Assembly: GCA_948665475.1 (NCBI GenBank) | Contig: CAPNHY010000008.1 | Location: forward strand, 5,928 to 69,927 | Direction of reading: 5' to 3' | Origin: an uncultured Muribaculaceae bacterium | GTDB lineage: Bacteria; Bacteroidota; Bacteroidia; Bacteroidales; Muribaculaceae | DNA length: 64,000 nt | Part shown: positions 60,493-64,000 of the stretch, piece by piece | Layout: each line of letters begins with the position of its first letter | Position numbering within the stretch: position 1 is the stretch's first letter | The notes under the pieces: model-generated | Told to the model about the DNA's origin: nothing | Databases searched by the model: none | The model's input: the letters and a program-made list of their open reading frames with translations, nothing else | Translations under genes and position numbers: made by a program

Positions 60493-62400
60493 TTACTTCA
60501 CTTCCTCAAAGTCTACGTCGGTGACATGGTCGCCGCCGTCGTTGGAGGCGTGGGGGGCGCCGGCGTTGGCTCCGGGATTAGCTCCGGCCTGAGCCTGAGC
60601 CTGTGCGTTGAGGATGTCCTGCTGGGCTTCGCCGAAACGTGCCTCGATGTCCTTGATGGCGCTGTCGATGCCGGCGATGTCCTGAGCCTTGTGGGCTTCC
60701 TTGAGGCGGTCGAGAGCCGTCTGGATGGCGCTCTTCTTGTCGGCGGGAATCTTGTCGCCGAGCTCGTTGAGCTGCTTCTCGGTCTGGAAGATGATGGCGT
60801 CGGCCTGGTTGAGCTTGTCAACGCGTTCCTTCTCCTTGGCGTCGGCTGCTGCGTTGGCCTCTGCCTCTTCCTTCATGCGCTTGATTTCGGCGTCGGTCAG
60901 GCCGCTGGAAGCCTCGATGCGGATGCTCTGCTCCTTGCCCGTAGCCTTATCCTTGGCGCTTACGTTGAGGATGCCGTTGGCGTCGATTTCGAATGTCACT
61001 TCGATCTGAGGTATGCCGCGCGGTGCGGGGGCGATGCCGTCGAGGTGGAATTTGCCGAGGAGCTTGTCGTCCTTCGCCATGGGGCGCTCGCCCTGAAGAA
61101 CGTTGATTTCCACGCTGGGCTGGTTGTCGGCCGCGGTGGAGAAGGTCTCGCTCTTGCGGGTGGGAATGGTGGTGTTGGCCTCGATGAGCTTCGTCATGAC
61201 GCCGCCGAGGGTTTCGATACCTACGCTCAGGGGCACTACGTCGAGCAGCAGCACGTCCTTGACGTCGCCGCTGAGCACACCGCCCTGGATGGCTGCGCCT
61301 ACGGCTACAACTTCGTCCGGGTTAACGCTCTTGTTGGGCTGCTTGCCGAAGAAGTCGGCCACGGTCTTCTGAACGGCCGGGATACGGGTGGAACCGCCGA
61401 CGAGGATTACTTCGTCTATGTCGCGGGCTGTGAGGCCGGCGTCGCGCAGTGCGTCCTCGCAGGGCTTGATGGTTGCGTGGATGAGCTTGTCGGCGAGCTG
61501 CTCGAACTTGGCGCGCGTCAGCGTCTTTACAAGGTGCTTGGGCACACCGTTGACGGGCATGATGTACGGCAGGTTGATTTCGGTGCTGGTGGTGCTGGAG
61601 AGCTCGATCTTGGCCTTCTCGGCAGCTTCCTTGAGGCGCTGGAGGGCCATGGGATCCTTGCGGAGGTCGATGCCTTCGTCCTTAAGGAACTCTTCGGCGA
61701 GCCAGTCGATGATGACGTGGTCGAAGTCGTCGCCGCCGAGGTGCGTGTCACCGTTGGTGCTCTTTACTTCGAATACGCCGTCGCCGAGCTCGAGGATGGA
61801 AATATCGAATGTGCCGCCGCCGAGGTCAAACACTGCTATCTTCTGGTCCTTGTCGGCCTTGTCGAGACCGTAGGCCAGTGCTGCCGCTGTAGGCTCGTTG
61901 ACGATACGCTTGACGGTGAGGCCTGCGATTTCGCCGGCCTCCTTGGTGGCCTGACGCTGCGAGTCGTTGAAGTAGGCGGGCACGGTGATGACGGCTTCGG
62001 TGACGCTCTGGCCGAGGTAATCTTCTGCCGTCTTCTTCATCTTCTGAAGAATCATGGCGGAGATTTCCTGCGGGGTGTATTCGCGTCCGTCGATGTCGAT
62101 ACGGGGTGTGTTGTTGTCGCCGCGTACCACACGGTAGGGCACGCGATCTATTTCGTTCTTGACCTGGTCGTATGTCTCGCCCATGAAGCGCTTGATGGAG
62201 TAGATGGTGCGCTTGGGGTTGGTGATGGCCTGACGTTTGGCGGGCTCGCCCACTTTGCGCTCGCCGCCGTCAACAAATGCTACGACGGAGGGGGTGGTGT
62301 TGCGTCCTTCGCTGTTGGGGATCACGACGGGGTCGTTGCCCTCGAGAACTGCTACGCACGAGTTGGTGGTGCCAAGGTCGATGCCTATGATTTTTCCCAT
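60493..62400 (-). CDS. dnaK: Molecular chaperone DnaK
   Basis: [23 protein letters not shown]-terminal DVDFEEVK. Confidence 0.99.
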   Translation of the reverse strand: MGKIIGIDLGTTNSCVAVLEGNDPVVIPNSEGRNTTPSVVAFVDGGERKVGEPAKRQAITNPKRTIYSIKRFMGETYDQVKNEIDRVPYRVVRGDNNTPRIDIDGREYTPQEISAMILQKMKKTAEDYLGQSVTEAVITVPAYFNDSQRQATKEAGEIAGLTVKRIVNEPTAAALAYGLDKADKDQKIAVFDLGGGTFDISILELGDGVFEVKSTNGDTHLGGDDFDHVIIDWLAEEFLKDEGIDLRKDPMALQRLKEAAEKAKIELSSTTSTEINLPYIMPVNGVPKHLVKTLTRAKFEQLADKLIHATIKPCEDALRDAGLTARDIDEVILVGGSTRIPAVQKTVADFFGKQPNKSVNPDEVVAVGAAIQGGVLSGDVKDVLLLDVVPLSVGIETLGGVMTKLIEANTTIPTRKSETFSTAADNQPSVEINVLQGERPMAKDDKLLGKFHLDGIAPAPRGIPQIEVTFEIDANGILNVSAKDKATGKEQSIRIEASSGLTDAEIKRMKEEAEANAAADAKEKERVDKLNQADAIIFQTEKQLNELGDKIPADKKSAIQTALDRLKEAHKAQDIAGIDSAIKDIEARFGEAQQDILNAQAQAQAGANPGANAGAPHASNDGGDHVTDVDFEEVK

Positions 62401-62460
62401 AGTTGTATATGATTTTATTGTGTTGTTTGTGATTCTTGATTTTTGTTTCACTGTATAAAT

Positions 62461-62476
62461 AACAAATCCCGTGCCA
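62461..62476 (-). promoter_or_regulatory. Putative sigma54 (-24/-12) promoter of dnaK
   Basis: TGGCACGGGATTTGTT on minus strand versus consensus TGGCACG-N4-TTGCW. Confidence 0.5.
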
Positions 62477-62593
62477 AAAAGGTTTGACACGGGATTGTTG
62501 TCTGAAAGTTAATTATTTAGCCCTTCTGTCCGCCTGCTGACAATCTGTCAGTAGGCATGGATTTTTTTACCGGGCATGTCATTTGTGCCGGAA

Positions 62594-64000
62594 TCAGTAT
62601 CCGAAGATTTCCTCGGGCGTGAGGATTACCACGCGGCCTAAGCGGCGCAGGGCCTCGATGTCGATGTCGTCAAGGTCGGCGAGGATGGCGTAGCTGTAGT
62701 GACGTCCGGCCACGTTGTCGCGCTGGTAGGCCTCGACGTCGGTGAGCGTGAGGGCGGGTATGGCTTCGAAGAGCGCGCGTGCGGGGTCGTTGTCCTGCTT
62801 GAGTTCGCGGGCGCGGATATAGGCCCAGGCTATGGCGTCCTTGATGGTGCGCTGTGTGCGCATGCGGCTGTCGATGCCCTGTTTTGCGAGGTCGAGGGCT
62901 GCCTGGCTGCGCGGCATGTTGTTGATGATTTCGTCGAAGGCGCCGATGGCGTCGGTCATCTTGTCGTTCTGCGTGGCGATGAAGGCGTTGTAGGTATAGG
63001 GCTCGCTCAGGCGCGACGGCTTCTGCATGCTGGCCCATGCGGAGTAGGCCAGCGAACGGCTTTCGCGCATCTCCTGGAATACGATAGAGTTCATGGAGCC
63101 GCCGAAGTATTCGTTGTAGAGTGCGCGGGCCGGCTCCGATGCGGGGTCGAAGCTGTCGCCGCGGTTGCTGTACTGCCGCATGTAGAGCTGCTTGGCATCG
63201 TACGGGGCGAGGTAGATGACGGTCTCGTCGGTGCGCTGCATCTTGTAGGGCTCTTCTTTTGGTGCTTCGGCCAAGGTGCCGGGCGCGGTGCGGTGCAGCG
63301 AGTCGATGGCGGCGATGACGTCATTGGCCGGGGCTTTGCCGTAGTAGATCACGCTGTGGCGCAGCTTGCGCAGGTCGCGCAGTGCGTCAAGCACCGGCTG
63401 CGGACCCATGATGCGGAGCGAATCGACGGAGATAAGCGCGTTGGCGGGGTTCTTGGGGCCATATACCGCATAGTTGGTCAGGCGGGAGAAATTCTGGCTC
63501 TGGTTGGTCTTGTTGTTCTCGCGGCTCTGCTGCACACGATCCACCCATTTGCTCCATGCTTCGGGCGCGACGGTGGCCTCGTCGAGCAGCTTCTCGTAGA
63601 GGGCCATTGCGGCCGGCATGTTCTCGGCGAGGCCGCTGATGGTGACGTAGGTGCGGCGCGTGCCGGGGTTGACGCTGTAGCTGCAGGCCAGGTCGTAGAA
63701 GGCGCGGCTTATCTGCTCCGGCGTCATGTCGGCCGTGCCTGCCAGCGGCAGCATGTCTGACGCATAGTCCAGTGCGAGGTCGTGGCCGCTGCCTTTATCA
63801 TATATATATGTAAGGGTGAAGATGTCGTTCGACGTGTTGGGCGTGTACAGCACTTCGATGCCCTGCTTGGCGCTGAGGCGGGTGAGGTCCTTGTCGAAGT
63901 CGACGAATACCGGCTCGATGGGTTCCGGCACGCTGGCCTGTATCTCGCGCAGGAATGCGCTGGAGGCGTCGCGGTTGGTGGCGATGGGCGTCAGTTCGGG
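62594..64000 (-). CDS. M16 family peptidase, C-terminal part (start outside window)
   Basis: YFGGSMNSIVFQEMRESRSLAYSA; ends EEIFGY; frame open to window edge. Confidence 0.88.
   Translation of the reverse strand, partial: PELTPIATNRDASSAFLREIQASVPEPIEPVFVDFDKDLTRLSAKQGIEVLYTPNTSNDIFTLTYIYDKGSGHDLALDYASDMLPLAGTADMTPEQISRAFYDLACSYSVNPGTRRTYVTISGLAENMPAAMALYEKLLDEATVAPEAWSKWVDRVQQSRENNKTNQSQNFSRLTNYAVYGPKNPANALISVDSLRIMGPQPVLDALRDLRKLRHSVIYYGKAPANDVIAAIDSLHRTAPGTLAEAPKEEPYKMQRTDETVIYLAPYDAKQLYMRQYSNRGDSFDPASEPARALYNEYFGGSMNSIVFQEMRESRSLAYSAWASMQKPSRLSEPYTYNAFIATQNDKMTDAIGAFDEIINNMPRSQAALDLAKQGIDSRMRTQRTIKDAIAWAYIRARELKQDNDPARALFEAIPALTLTDVEAYQRDNVAGRHYSYAILADLDDIDIEALRRLGRVVILTPEEIFGY

Overview
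Chromosomal window from a GC-rich Bacteroidales bacterium (gene content and style suggest Muribaculaceae; inference). 1-12 kb: an NADH-module-less complex I operon (nuoA-B-CD-H...I-J-K) with the whole F1Fo ATP synthase operon (atpD-C-B-E-F-H-A-G) nested between nuoH and nuoI, downstream of tRNA-Pro. 12-25.5 kb: housekeeping genes (M16 peptidase, radA, TrmH, acyl-CoA ligase, skp-skp-bamA-uppS-porG). 25.6-41.2 kb: an AT-richer island separating the DUF6242 gene from porG. It is bounded by imperfect direct repeats carrying a GTAG-type REP and contains a BspA-type LRR/T9SS surface-protein gene split by a ~11.7-kb tyrosine-integrase element. Two cargo operons in the island have related long hairpin 5' leaders. 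41-55.6 kb: ribD region, a beta-helix glycosidase, a SusCDEF-like locus with a poly-G promoter spacer, and bcp. 55.6-60.1 kb: a second accessory patch (stand-alone adenylation enzyme, GNAT, esterase, zeta-toxin remnant, DUF6398, YhcG). End: dnaK with a sigma54-like promoter and a partial second M16 peptidase. Family assignments come from motif recognition only; no searches were run.
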